Below, one piece after another: positions 19,081-29,014 of a stretch of 64,000 nucleotides of DNA (its first letter is position 1; every line of letters begins with the position of its first letter). This DNA comes from Histomonas meleagridis 2922-C6/04-290x (taxonomy: Eukaryota > Protista > Parabasalia): assembly GCA_020184695.1 (NCBI GenBank), contig JAANOX010000269.1:62001-126000 (forward strand), read 5' to 3'. The notes under the pieces are model-generated. The model saw nothing but the letters and a program-made list of their open reading frames with translations. It was not told where the DNA came from and did not search any database. Both the position numbers and the translations under genes were made by a program.

Positions 19081-20409
19081 TTAATTTTTTTGAAGTGGTT
19101 TACAATCACTGAAAGTTTCTTCTTTCAAAACTTCCATACCTCCAAATGCTATATCTTCATATGATTTCTTTGTCATAACTTTTGTTGTATTAATATTGGA
19201 AAATGCATCATCACCGATAATTATTGGTTCTTTGATTCCATAATAATATATACACTTAAGTGATTTACAATGTTGGAATGCTCTAGATCCGATACATATT
19301 AATTTCATTCCAATATGAATTACATTTAAACCAATGCAAAACTGGAAAGCATAATATTCGATTCTTTTAACTGAATTTGGTATTTTTATATTATCTAAAT
19401 TAACGCAATTTCTAAATGCCGATTCACCTATTTCAAATAATCCTTCATTCATAACGACTGTTTCAAGAGTGATACATTCGAAAAATGCATATTTTGAAAC
19501 AATTACAATACTTAATGGGAAATTATATGTTTTTTCTTTTATACCTTTTGGATATATATTAATCACTTGGAATGTTTTGTCGTATAAAACTCCATCATTG
19601 TTATAATTCGAAAAAAACGAATTGTTTTTATGGACTTTAATATGTATTAATGAATCACACCCTAATAATGATGTTGAATCAATGTTTTTGACTGACATTC
19701 CAATGGATATCTTTGTAAGACTTTTACAATATCCAAACGCAAGATATTCGATTGATGTCATTGCATTTGGGATTTTGACATGTTCCAAACTTAAACATCC
19801 CGAAAAAGTAAATTCTTCAATAACTTTCACATTTTTTCCGAATTTTATCATTTCTAACTTTTTGCAATTCCGAAATCCTGAGCTTTTAATGTGTTTTACT
19901 GATTTCGGAATTATGATTCTTTCAAGTGACATGCAATTATAAAATGCATATTGTTTGATTGTTTTGAGCTTTTCACCAAGCTGTACATTTTCAAGAGATG
20001 AACAAAAATCAAATGACGATTTACCAATGCTTATGGTTGAATTAGGAATACTAATAGATCGTAATTTAACACAATTTGAAAAAGCATGATCTCCAATTAC
20101 TTTGATGTTATTTCCCAAACTTATTTTTTCTAAGTTTATACAATTTTTAAATGCATTTCTGCCAATATGAGTTGTAGAATCCCAAATAATAATATTAACT
20201 AATGAACCCCATGATTCGAATGCATTATCTCCAATTGTATAAACTTCATTCCATATTATTATATTATGAACACTATCGTTTGTAATTATATCACCAAATT
20301 TAATAATTGGCACGTTTGAAATATTTAATTTGTCCTCGAAATATTGAAGTTGTATTGATTGAATGTGGTTAATTAAAAATAATAAAAACATTATTTTACT
20401 TTTTATCAT
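19081..20409 (-). CDS. BspA-like TpLRR protein, secreted type (no TM)
   Basis: Signal peptide MFLLFLINHIQS; 23-aa repeats IxIPxSVxxIGxxAFxxCxxL; DGVLYDK..YPKG insert. Confidence 0.9.
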   Translation of the reverse strand: MIKSKIMFLLFLINHIQSIQLQYFEDKLNISNVPIIKFGDIITNDSVHNIIIWNEVYTIGDNAFESWGSLVNIIIWDSTTHIGRNAFKNCINLEKISLGNNIKVIGDHAFSNCVKLRSISIPNSTISIGKSSFDFCSSLENVQLGEKLKTIKQYAFYNCMSLERIIIPKSVKHIKSSGFRNCKKLEMIKFGKNVKVIEEFTFSGCLSLEHVKIPNAMTSIEYLAFGYCKSLTKISIGMSVKNIDSTSLLGCDSLIHIKVHKNNSFFSNYNNDGVLYDKTFQVINIYPKGIKEKTYNFPLSIVIVSKYAFFECITLETVVMNEGLFEIGESAFRNCVNLDNIKIPNSVKRIEYYAFQFCIGLNVIHIGMKLICIGSRAFQHCKSLKCIYYYGIKEPIIIGDDAFSNINTTKVMTKKSYEDIAFGGMEVLKEETFSDCKPLQKN

Positions 20410-20682
20410 AAATTATGAAAATGATATGAATTTTAATTTAATAAGAAATAGATGATTAAAAAAATTTATATAAAATTTTTGTACGCATTTTTATTTAAAA
20501 AAGGTGATTAAAATTTCTTTTCATTTAAAAATTAAGAAATGATATAAGTGTCATGAAAAATCTTTTTATTAAAATAAATTTTGGCTGATTAAACACCCAG
20601 ATATCATTTCTACATTTACGAATAAGTATCAACTACATCAGAAATTAAATAGTTAATTCTATTTTGGATACTATTTAATACA

Positions 20683-20859
20683 AGATTAGGAGCATTTGAA
20701 GAAGATGTGGAAGAGATCAAGAAACATCCATTCTTTTCTTCGTTGAACTGGAATGACGTGTTGGAAAAAAGGTACACGATAGAATGGGTTCCTGAGATAA
20801 GAAATGAATTTTATGAACCTATTACTCCACATGAACTTGCTGTTACTTTTGAAATATAA
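20683..20859 (+). pseudogene. Isolated AGC-kinase C-terminal fragment
   Basis: Reads RLGAFEEDVEEIKKHPFFSSLNWNDVLEKRYTIEWVPEI...*; no ATG or kinase core upstream. Confidence 0.75.
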
Positions 20860-21658
20860 TTTGTAGCTATTAAAAAAATGAAACAAACCACATATTGTCT
20901 TACTTTAAACAGATTAAAATTTGGTATTTTGAGTGATTTCAATTTTTTGAAAATTTTAGGAATTTGAGAAGTAACACATTATGTCCAACTACTGCTGTAA
21001 GGTTCTTATATCAAATTTTTTATAAAAAAAATGTCTGTTGAGAAAGGAACAATTGCAATAAGTTATTCAAAAAAATTGAAATATTCGTAACGTTTTGGGG
21101 CACCCCGTTCTATGAAAGGGGGGGGGGGCAATTGGATTTGAATGTACATAAAAACGGCAAAGAGAGAGATGTCTTTAAAAAATTTGTACTTTTTCAAGCA
21201 TATACATTAAAAATATAAATAAAATTTTATGATAAAAATTATTTGGCAAGATCCGGATTACTTGAGTATATGACTTTTATTTATATAAATTGAATATTTC
21301 GAAATTTGATCAAAAAATTATTTTATAATTTTCTGATTATTTATAGATATTAATATGCACAATAACATTGCTAAGTATACTATTAGGTTCTATCTTATAA
21401 ATATCATTGATTTTGAGGAAAAGTACATTTATTATGACAATTTACATGCCTAAAGATCATCAAGACTCTGTAGAGTCGAAAAAAAAAAATTTTATAAGAA
21501 TGAACGTTAAGTGAAATTCTTAATTTTACTCCGCTGTTTTTTGTGACGATAATTGGTCGGAATTACTCTAACGGTAATAACGAATCGAAATATTTGAGAA
21601 TTGTAAAAAACGATACATTCGATTTTTTGTAAATTTTTCAGTACAAAATGATCGTTTA

Positions 21659-22777
21659 TTAAAAGTCGAATTCGCGGTCCTTGCAAACAGCAGGAGCTAT
21701 AAGTGTCCATCCGTATAGGAGAACAACAACCCACGAAGCTGCAAAGTTAACCCACTTAGCGATTGTTCCTCTATCTGTTGCCCAAGCAGTGTTTCCTTCT
21801 GATTTTCCCCAATGAGTAACGATCATTGTAACATAAATCGAAGCCATTGCAAAGAGAGAATGGAAGAAGCTGAGGGAGAAGAAGCCCTCTTCACCTTCTT
21901 TCAAGCAACAATTGCATTCATTAAATTGATTTGATGTAGAAAATGCAGAATATCCAGCCCAAGCAAGCGTAAACAAGGAAGCAATGATGGAAAATGCGAT
22001 TCCTTGACTTCCACTTGATAATCTATTGCAGTCTGGCTCACACATCATTGCAGCAACTGTGAGATAAGCAACATAACATGAGATTAGGGATGCTGTGAAA
22101 ATAGATCCATGCTCAACAAAGGCCGAAGCAAGGAAGAGGATGATACAAAGGATCATATTGATTGATATGAAAATGTTATTATCAGAACAACCTTCCTTAA
22201 CAAAGATGTAATAAGAAACACCAAATGCTACCAATGAACCAACTCCAAAAACAACAGTCATTGTGATGATTGGCCACATTTTATCTTCATTATAAAACTT
22301 CTTATTGAGATCTTGGAAAAATGCAAGTAAAAATATGATTTGAAGAACAAGATACACACCTGAGATAAAGTAACAGATTTTGAACCAGACATTGAAGAAA
22401 CTATCTGGAATAAACATGAACGGAACAAAAAGTACAATAAGGCAAATAATGTGTACAAAAAGAAAGTTTGAGTGGAATTTGAACTGCCATGAGTTTTCGA
22501 GATTTGGATTACAAATGCAAATGAGTGAGTGAATTGCAAACCAAAGAGCGAGTGTTGTAGTGAGCCTGATAGCGCATGATATACCAACTGTATGTGGTTG
22601 GTCATAGATAGTCTTGATAATTTTTCCAATCCAAGAATAACCTGTATTATATACAATAAATCCGAGGATTGCAATAATAACAAAAACTATTACATAAACA
22701 AGATTAGCCTTTTTGAGCTTACCTTCGCTGTCTGCATCACCAGCGTCGGTGTATTCCTTCATTCCCTTGTATTCCAT
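21659..22777 (-). CDS. Serine incorporator (Serinc/TMS/TDE) membrane protein
   Basis: About ten TM segments; motifs SGVYLVLQIIFLL, FTASLISCYVAYLT, SFFHSLFAMASIYVTM and GWTLIAPAVCKDREF. Confidence 0.9.
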   Translation of the reverse strand: MEYKGMKEYTDAGDADSEGKLKKANLVYVIVFVIIAILGFIVYNTGYSWIGKIIKTIYDQPHTVGISCAIRLTTTLALWFAIHSLICICNPNLENSWQFKFHSNFLFVHIICLIVLFVPFMFIPDSFFNVWFKICYFISGVYLVLQIIFLLAFFQDLNKKFYNEDKMWPIITMTVVFGVGSLVAFGVSYYIFVKEGCSDNNIFISINMILCIILFLASAFVEHGSIFTASLISCYVAYLTVAAMMCEPDCNRLSSGSQGIAFSIIASLFTLAWAGYSAFSTSNQFNECNCCLKEGEEGFFSLSFFHSLFAMASIYVTMIVTHWGKSEGNTAWATDRGTIAKWVNFAASWVVVLLYGWTLIAPAVCKDREFDF

Positions 22778-23287
22778 CTTTTATATCGGAATGTTCCAAA
22801 ACCGTCAAATTTGACCACACAGAAATCCTAAGAAACGATATCGTTGTTTGAACTTTTTAAGTGATTCATGTTTGAATTTCGGTTATTCATTCAACGTCAA
22901 ATGTGTAAAATGAATGGGCATAGCATTGGCAATTTGAGTTTAACATTTTTGTTAATGTTTATAATGCCCAAGTGACCCTGATGATCATCTCAAAAATATT
23001 TTTAGTCAATCAATTTTCAATTTTTATACTTGATCATTAGATATTGCAAAATTGTTTTTTTTTGTCTTTAGTCTTATTTATGTGAATCACTCATTTGCTG
23101 GTATTTCGAAGAAATTTTTATTGGTGTTTCCAAAACTCAATAAATAACAAAAACAACAAATCATGACAAAATAAAGAAAAGTGGGCACTTTAAATTGTAA
23201 AGTTCAGAAGTAGAACTTTTTAATTGCATCAACCGGTTTTATATTGAAAATTACTTAAAAGAGAACGTTAAGCCAGTACAACTTAAT

Positions 23288-24022
23288 TTACTGAAGCTTT
23301 GGGAAGTTCTTAAGGCTCAGGTTGCTTTGCTTCTTACCTGTTCCTACTTGGCGTTGGTGTTGGACATTTCCTGGACGTTGGTCTCTTGGCTTTGAGCGAG
23401 GCTTCCTTTCTTGAGCATTTTCACCTTGGGCTGGAGCAGCTGGTTTAGGAGCGGCATCCCTTTGTTGAGGGGCCCTTTGTGGGCGTTCTTGTGGCTTGCG
23501 TTGAGCATTTGGCCTGCGACCGCCTGTATTGCGGTTATTGTTTCCACGGCGTGCGTTTTGCCTTTGCCTAAGAGCTTCAGCTGTGCTTAAGAATCCGGTT
23601 TCGATTACTTCTGGTTCAGATTCTTTGTATGTTTTAACTTCAGTAGTTTTAACCTTCTTCTCAACAACCATTGAAGCATATTGTTCAGGGATTTTAACAA
23701 CGCGCTTTCCTTGGCGATTGATCTTTGGTGTTTCATCTTCATCGTCGGAATCGAAATATTTGTAAGCAGCTTCGAAAACAACCTTTGGTTGGGCATTTTC
23801 AGTTACTTCTTGTTGTTCGCCTTCTTGTTCGTCAACAATTTCAGGGCGCTTTGCTTCATCAATAGCGTTACCCCAGTTTGATCTACCACGACCTTCACGC
23901 TTTATTGTGCTGCGATATCCAACTCCTGGCTCATGCTTGTTCTTTTTGCGGATAACCTTTTCGCGTTGGGGAACTTCGTCGGCTCCATTGTAATCAGAAA
24001 GAATTGCAAATGGGTTGCTCAT
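23288..24022 (-). CDS. Stm1/SERBP1 (HABP4/PAI-RBP1)-like RNA-binding protein
   Basis: N-terminal MSNPFAIL, KREGRGRSNWG and C-terminal NFPKL; M3-like GACGGTTA upstream on the minus strand. Confidence 0.75.
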   Translation of the reverse strand: MSNPFAILSDYNGADEVPQREKVIRKKNKHEPGVGYRSTIKREGRGRSNWGNAIDEAKRPEIVDEQEGEQQEVTENAQPKVVFEAAYKYFDSDDEDETPKINRQGKRVVKIPEQYASMVVEKKVKTTEVKTYKESEPEVIETGFLSTAEALRQRQNARRGNNNRNTGGRRPNAQRKPQERPQRAPQQRDAAPKPAAPAQGENAQERKPRSKPRDQRPGNVQHQRQVGTGKKQSNLSLKNFPKLQ

Positions 24023-24712
24023 ACAAGTGGCCGTATATAACCGTCTTTATCAACTCAAATCGGTTGTCCCGACTTTTGACAGATGTTTGTTAGGATCGAG
24101 TTTGCATTGAACGACTTGGAACCGTTCACAAAAATTCTGTGGTTCATTCAAATATATTTCGGCTTTGGGGTACCCTGTATAATCCTTTGAAAAATATTTT
24201 TGCCTAACAAAAATCAAAAAAGGTGCTTGAGATAAATTAAAATATATCGATTTCTTTTTTATGAAATATTTTGAGTAATCCTGAATTGTTTAATTAAATC
24301 TAAAATTCATTATAACTTCGTTTTTATTTTAAATAAATAAATTTTACTTATTCATACACACGTGGACAAAATATATAAAGTAAAAAAAATTAAATATAAA
24401 AATGCGTATATTTCTTTTGATTCTAAAAAAGTTTCTTTTGATTATATAAAAAATAGAATGTAGATGATATTCAATGAATTTTATTATGAGATCAATTTTG
24501 ATTTTAAGGAGTTTTTACAAATTATTTCGGATTATAAAAATGGATAATTTCTGTATTCGAAACGCAAAATTTATTATCGATTTATTCCCAAAAATATAAA
24601 CTAACTTCGAAGTCTCTTGTGTAACCCTTAAAATTAAGATAATAAACAAAATTTTAAAATTTTTATAAAAATTAATCGTAGTCCTAATTTTACTATTTTC
24701 AAAAAATTAATT

Positions 24713-27700
24713 TCAAATTTTAATGCTTCCAAAATATTCGTTTTCTTTGAAATCTTCCGCAAACGGATCATCGTCGATATTAGAAATGTTCATCGAAAAG
24801 TTCTGTGTTGAGAGATTATCGTTAACATTTTCATCAATAGCATCCTCTTCATTATTCCGTTTTTTATTTCGAAGACGAACCATTAATATAATAATTACGG
24901 AAACAATTATAATGATTCCAATTCCAACGCATACTCCAATGATAATAAATTTATTCGAATTATCATTTGTATCATTTTCATTTTGATTAAAGATTGTATA
25001 AAAACCTGAATAATATGAATAATAATAAGAATAATGAACAATTGTATAATGATATGAAATTATTAAAGTATTAATATATGAATAATGTGAACCAAATAAA
25101 GAAATTGTTATTGTATTTGTGAAAGTAGTATTATAAATAATTGTTTGTGTAATTGATTCTGATAATATTAATGTTCGCATATATGTTTCATCGAATTGTC
25201 TTGAAGGTATAAATGAGTTTGATTGTGTAAATGTATTTGATCCAGAAAATGAATTACTTTGCGAATATGTATTTGATTGCGAAAATGTATTTGATTGCGA
25301 ATATGTATTACTTTGTGTAAATGTATTTGAATATGTATTTGATTGTGTATATGTATTACTTTGACTGAATGTATTTGAATATGTATTACTTTGTGTAAAT
25401 GTATTTGAATATGTATTACTTTGTGTAAATGTATTAGAAAATGTATTTGATTGTGTGAATGTGTGTGTTGGCCATGGATATTGATCGCATTCTCCAATAG
25501 ATGAACCTTTAGATACGGAAAGTGATCCAAATGTTTCATCTTCATAAAAATCTGATGTCATAACATATTTTGCTGGTATACCTGAAAACGCATTTGAACT
25601 TATATTTGTTGGTGATTTATTACCTGTGAAATAAATACAATTCAATTTGTTACAATATCTAAATGCATAATCTTCAATTAAAGTGATATTTACATCAAAT
25701 ATAACTGTTTCCAAATTAGAACAATAATAAAATGCATAACTTGCAATTGATGTAACTGAGTCTGGAATTGCAAAATTAATTAATGAAATGCATGAACGAA
25801 ATGCATATCCTCCAATTGTTGTTACATTTTTGCCAAAATTAACTGATTCTAAATCATTACAATAAGCAAATGTATAAGTTTCGATTGTTGCAACAGAATC
25901 TGGAATTGTAATATTAATTAATGAAGTGCATGAACGAAATGCATAACTTCCAATTGTTGCTACATTATCGCCAATATTAACTGATTCTAGATCATTACAA
26001 TAAGCAAATGCATATGTTTCAATTGACATAACTGAATCTGGAATTGTAATATTAATTAATGAAGTGCATGAACGAAATGCATAACTTCCAATTGTTGCTA
26101 CATTATCGCCAATATTAACTGATTCTAGATCATAACAATAAGCAAATGTATATGTTTCAATTGATGTCACTAAATCTGGAATTGTGATATTGATTAATGA
26201 TTCACAATAATAAAATGAATAACTTCCTATTGACATAACTGAATCTGGAATTGTAATATTAATTAATGATTCACAATAACAAAATGCATAACTTCCAATT
26301 GTTGCTACATTATCGCCAATATTAACTGATTCTAGATCATTACAATAAGCAAATGCATATGTTTCAATTGACATAACTGAATCTGGAATTGTAATATTAA
26401 TTAATGAAGTGCATGAACGAAATGCATAACTTCCAATTGTTGCTACATTATCGCCAATATTAACTGATTCTAAATCATTACAATAAGCAAATGTATATGT
26501 TTCAATTGATGTCACTAAATCTGGAATTGTGATATTGATTAATGATTCACAAGAATAGAATGCATTATACCTAATTGATGTAACAGAATCCGGAATTGTG
26601 ATGCTAATTAGTGATGAACAATAAGCAAATGTATAATATTCAATTGTTGTAACTAATTCTGGAATAGTGATATTTTTTAATGCTGAACAATAATAAAATG
26701 AATAATACCGAATTGATGTAACTGTATTAGGGATTATAATATTAATTAATGATTGACAATAATAAAATGTATTATATTCAATTGTTGTAACTAATTCTGG
26801 AATAGTGATATTTTTTAATGCTGAACAATAATAAAATGCATTATTTCCAATTGATGTAACTGAATTTGGAATCTCGATAACATTTAATGATTGACAATAA
26901 TAAAATGTATTATATTCAATAGTTGTAACTAATTCTGGAATTGTGATATTTTTTAATGATGTACAATAATAAAATGCATTATTTCCAATTGATGTAACCG
27001 AATTTGGAATCTTGATAACATTTAATGATTGACAATAATAAAATGAATAACTTTCAATTCTTGTAACTGTATCTGGGATTTCAAATGTTTCTTCTTTGAT
27101 TCCTCCTGGATAACAAACAATCGTTGTCATAGCTTTATTATAAAGAATTCCATTATTATCATTAATATAATAATTATTTCCTTCAGATACTTCAATAAAT
27201 TGAAGTGATGTACACTGCGCAAATATACCTGTTCCAATTGAAGTGACTGAATCTGGAATTGTAATATTAATTAATTTTTCGCATCTTTGAAATGTAAAAC
27301 TTTGTATTGTTCTAACACTTTCACCAATTTTAACTGCTTCCAATTCATTACAATAATGAAATGCATTGCTTCCAATTGATGTAACTAAATCTGGAATTTC
27401 AATATTAATTAATGATTGACAATAATAAAATGTATTATATTCAATAGTTGTAACTAATTCTGGAATTGTGATATTTTTTAATGATGTACAATAATAAAAT
27501 GCATTATTTCCAATTGATGTAACCGAATTTGGAATCTTGATAACATTTAATGATTGACAATAATAAAATGAATAACTTTCAATTCTTGTAACTGTATCTG
27601 GGATTTCAAATGTTTCTTCTTTGATTCCTCCTGGATAACAAACAATCGTTGTCATAGCTTTATTATAAAGAATTCCATTATTATCATTAATATAATAATT

Positions 27701-28405
27701 ATTTCCTTCAGATACTTCAATAAATTGAAGTGATGTACACTGCGCAAATATACCTGTTCCAATTGAAGTGACTGAATCTGGAATTGTAATATTAATTAAT
27801 GATCTGCAATAATAAAATGCATTATTTCCTATTGTCATTACACTTGCTCCAAATTTAACTGTTTCCAAATTATAGCAGTAATAAAATGCATAGTAAACAA
27901 TTGTTGTAACTGAATCTGGAATAACGATATTAAGAAGTGATGAGCATTGAATAAATGCATAATCCCCAATTGTTATGACATTTTCACCAATGTTAATTGT
28001 TTCTAAATCGTAACAATAACCAAATCCAAAAGATCCAATTGATGTAACTGAATCTCCAATATGAACTGATATCAGTGAATTCCAATTATAAAAAGCATCC
28101 GATCCTAATTCATCAACTCCACCTTCAATTATAAGATGTTGTGCTTGACTTTTATATGTATCTCTTTCTGAATATTCACTTGGTGTAGAAATAGTAAGTG
28201 TTAAAGTTGTCGAATCAAATGTTTCGAATGACTGAGCAAAAAAGAAAACAAATAAAAGAGGGAAAATTTTACATTTTAATATTTCTTTTTTCTTAATACT
28301 CTTGATACGAAACAAAATCCAAAATAATAAAGGATTTATGATGATTACATTTATAAAAAAAGAGAAAAAATGAGTGAAAATAATTCTAATTGGCAAGGTA
28401 TTCAT
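24713..28405 (-). CDS. Large type-I membrane BspA-like protein (TpLRR array, SN stalk, TM, DPF tail); start uncertain
   Basis: About 35 TpLRR repeats; (T/S)(F/Y)(T/S)QSN stalk; TM FIIIGVCVGIGIIIIVSVIIILMV; tail DDDPFAEDFKE. ORF-track start 28624 is TTG; in-frame ATGs at 28540 and 28405. Confidence 0.9.
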   Translation of the reverse strand: MNTLPIRIIFTHFFSFFINVIIINPLLFWILFRIKSIKKKEILKCKIFPLLFVFFFAQSFETFDSTTLTLTISTPSEYSERDTYKSQAQHLIIEGGVDELGSDAFYNWNSLISVHIGDSVTSIGSFGFGYCYDLETINIGENVITIGDYAFIQCSSLLNIVIPDSVTTIVYYAFYYCYNLETVKFGASVMTIGNNAFYYCRSLINITIPDSVTSIGTGIFAQCTSLQFIEVSEGNNYYINDNNGILYNKAMTTIVCYPGGIKEETFEIPDTVTRIESYSFYYCQSLNVIKIPNSVTSIGNNAFYYCTSLKNITIPELVTTIEYNTFYYCQSLINIEIPDLVTSIGSNAFHYCNELEAVKIGESVRTIQSFTFQRCEKLINITIPDSVTSIGTGIFAQCTSLQFIEVSEGNNYYINDNNGILYNKAMTTIVCYPGGIKEETFEIPDTVTRIESYSFYYCQSLNVIKIPNSVTSIGNNAFYYCTSLKNITIPELVTTIEYNTFYYCQSLNVIEIPNSVTSIGNNAFYYCSALKNITIPELVTTIEYNTFYYCQSLINIIIPNTVTSIRYYSFYYCSALKNITIPELVTTIEYYTFAYCSSLISITIPDSVTSIRYNAFYSCESLINITIPDLVTSIETYTFAYCNDLESVNIGDNVATIGSYAFRSCTSLINITIPDSVMSIETYAFAYCNDLESVNIGDNVATIGSYAFCYCESLINITIPDSVMSIGSYSFYYCESLINITIPDLVTSIETYTFAYCYDLESVNIGDNVATIGSYAFRSCTSLINITIPDSVMSIETYAFAYCNDLESVNIGDNVATIGSYAFRSCTSLINITIPDSVATIETYTFAYCNDLESVNFGKNVTTIGGYAFRSCISLINFAIPDSVTSIASYAFYYCSNLETVIFDVNITLIEDYAFRYCNKLNCIYFTGNKSPTNISSNAFSGIPAKYVMTSDFYEDETFGSLSVSKGSSIGECDQYPWPTHTFTQSNTFSNTFTQSNTYSNTFTQSNTYSNTFSQSNTYTQSNTYSNTFTQSNTYSQSNTFSQSNTYSQSNSFSGSNTFTQSNSFIPSRQFDETYMRTLILSESITQTIIYNTTFTNTITISLFGSHYSYINTLIISYHYTIVHYSYYYSYYSGFYTIFNQNENDTNDNSNKFIIIGVCVGIGIIIIVSVIIILMVRLRNKKRNNEEDAIDENVNDNLSTQNFSMNISNIDDDPFAEDFKENEYFGSIKI
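25200..25470 (-). repeat. 18-bp coding minisatellite (TFSQSN-type stalk)
   Basis: About 14 hexapeptide-like units within the BspA ORF. Confidence 0.85.
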
Positions 28406-28714
28406 GGCATATTTAAAATCTATTACTTTGAAAGTTTTATTATGAAAATTATTTGATAAAAAGCTTAAGAAATGAGAACAAGATCCAATTGCTTGATAAA
28501 AAAAATTAAGAACTGAGTCGAAACAAGATGTGTATTTCATGTAATGATAGTAAGATAGGTTTGATAAACTTAATGATGGAAAATTGACTTGTAGATTTGA
28601 CAAACAATAAAACGCAAAGTTCAAAATATAACCGAATGAAATTTACAAATTGAATATTGAATATTAAAACTTTTGTGAGAATTCTCAAAATTAAGACAAT
28701 TATTTGTCTTATTC

Positions 28715-29014
28715 ACTGAAACACAAGCAGAAGATTCCAAACCATCACAAGAACGAACGGTTATATAACCTATTTATTTACTTAATGAATTCTATATGAT
28801 ATTACAAACAATAAAAACATCCCAAGATCTTCAGGTGTGGCTCGATATTAGCCATGAATGTGCAGATAAACAAGTTGTTATTATGCTTATTGGATCGAAA
28901 TGCGATCTTGTTAAAATACTAACTGTTGCAACAGAAGAAGGAATTGAATTCATCGATAGTGAAAACTTCGTACTATTCAAAATGAAATGGTGTAAAAATA
29001 AAATATACGGGTAA
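28715..29014 (+). pseudogene. Rab-family GTPase remnant
   Basis: Broken frames read RRFQTITR, YDITN and WLDISHECADKQVVIMLIGSKCDL...VATEEGIEF; P-loop half missing. Confidence 0.7.
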
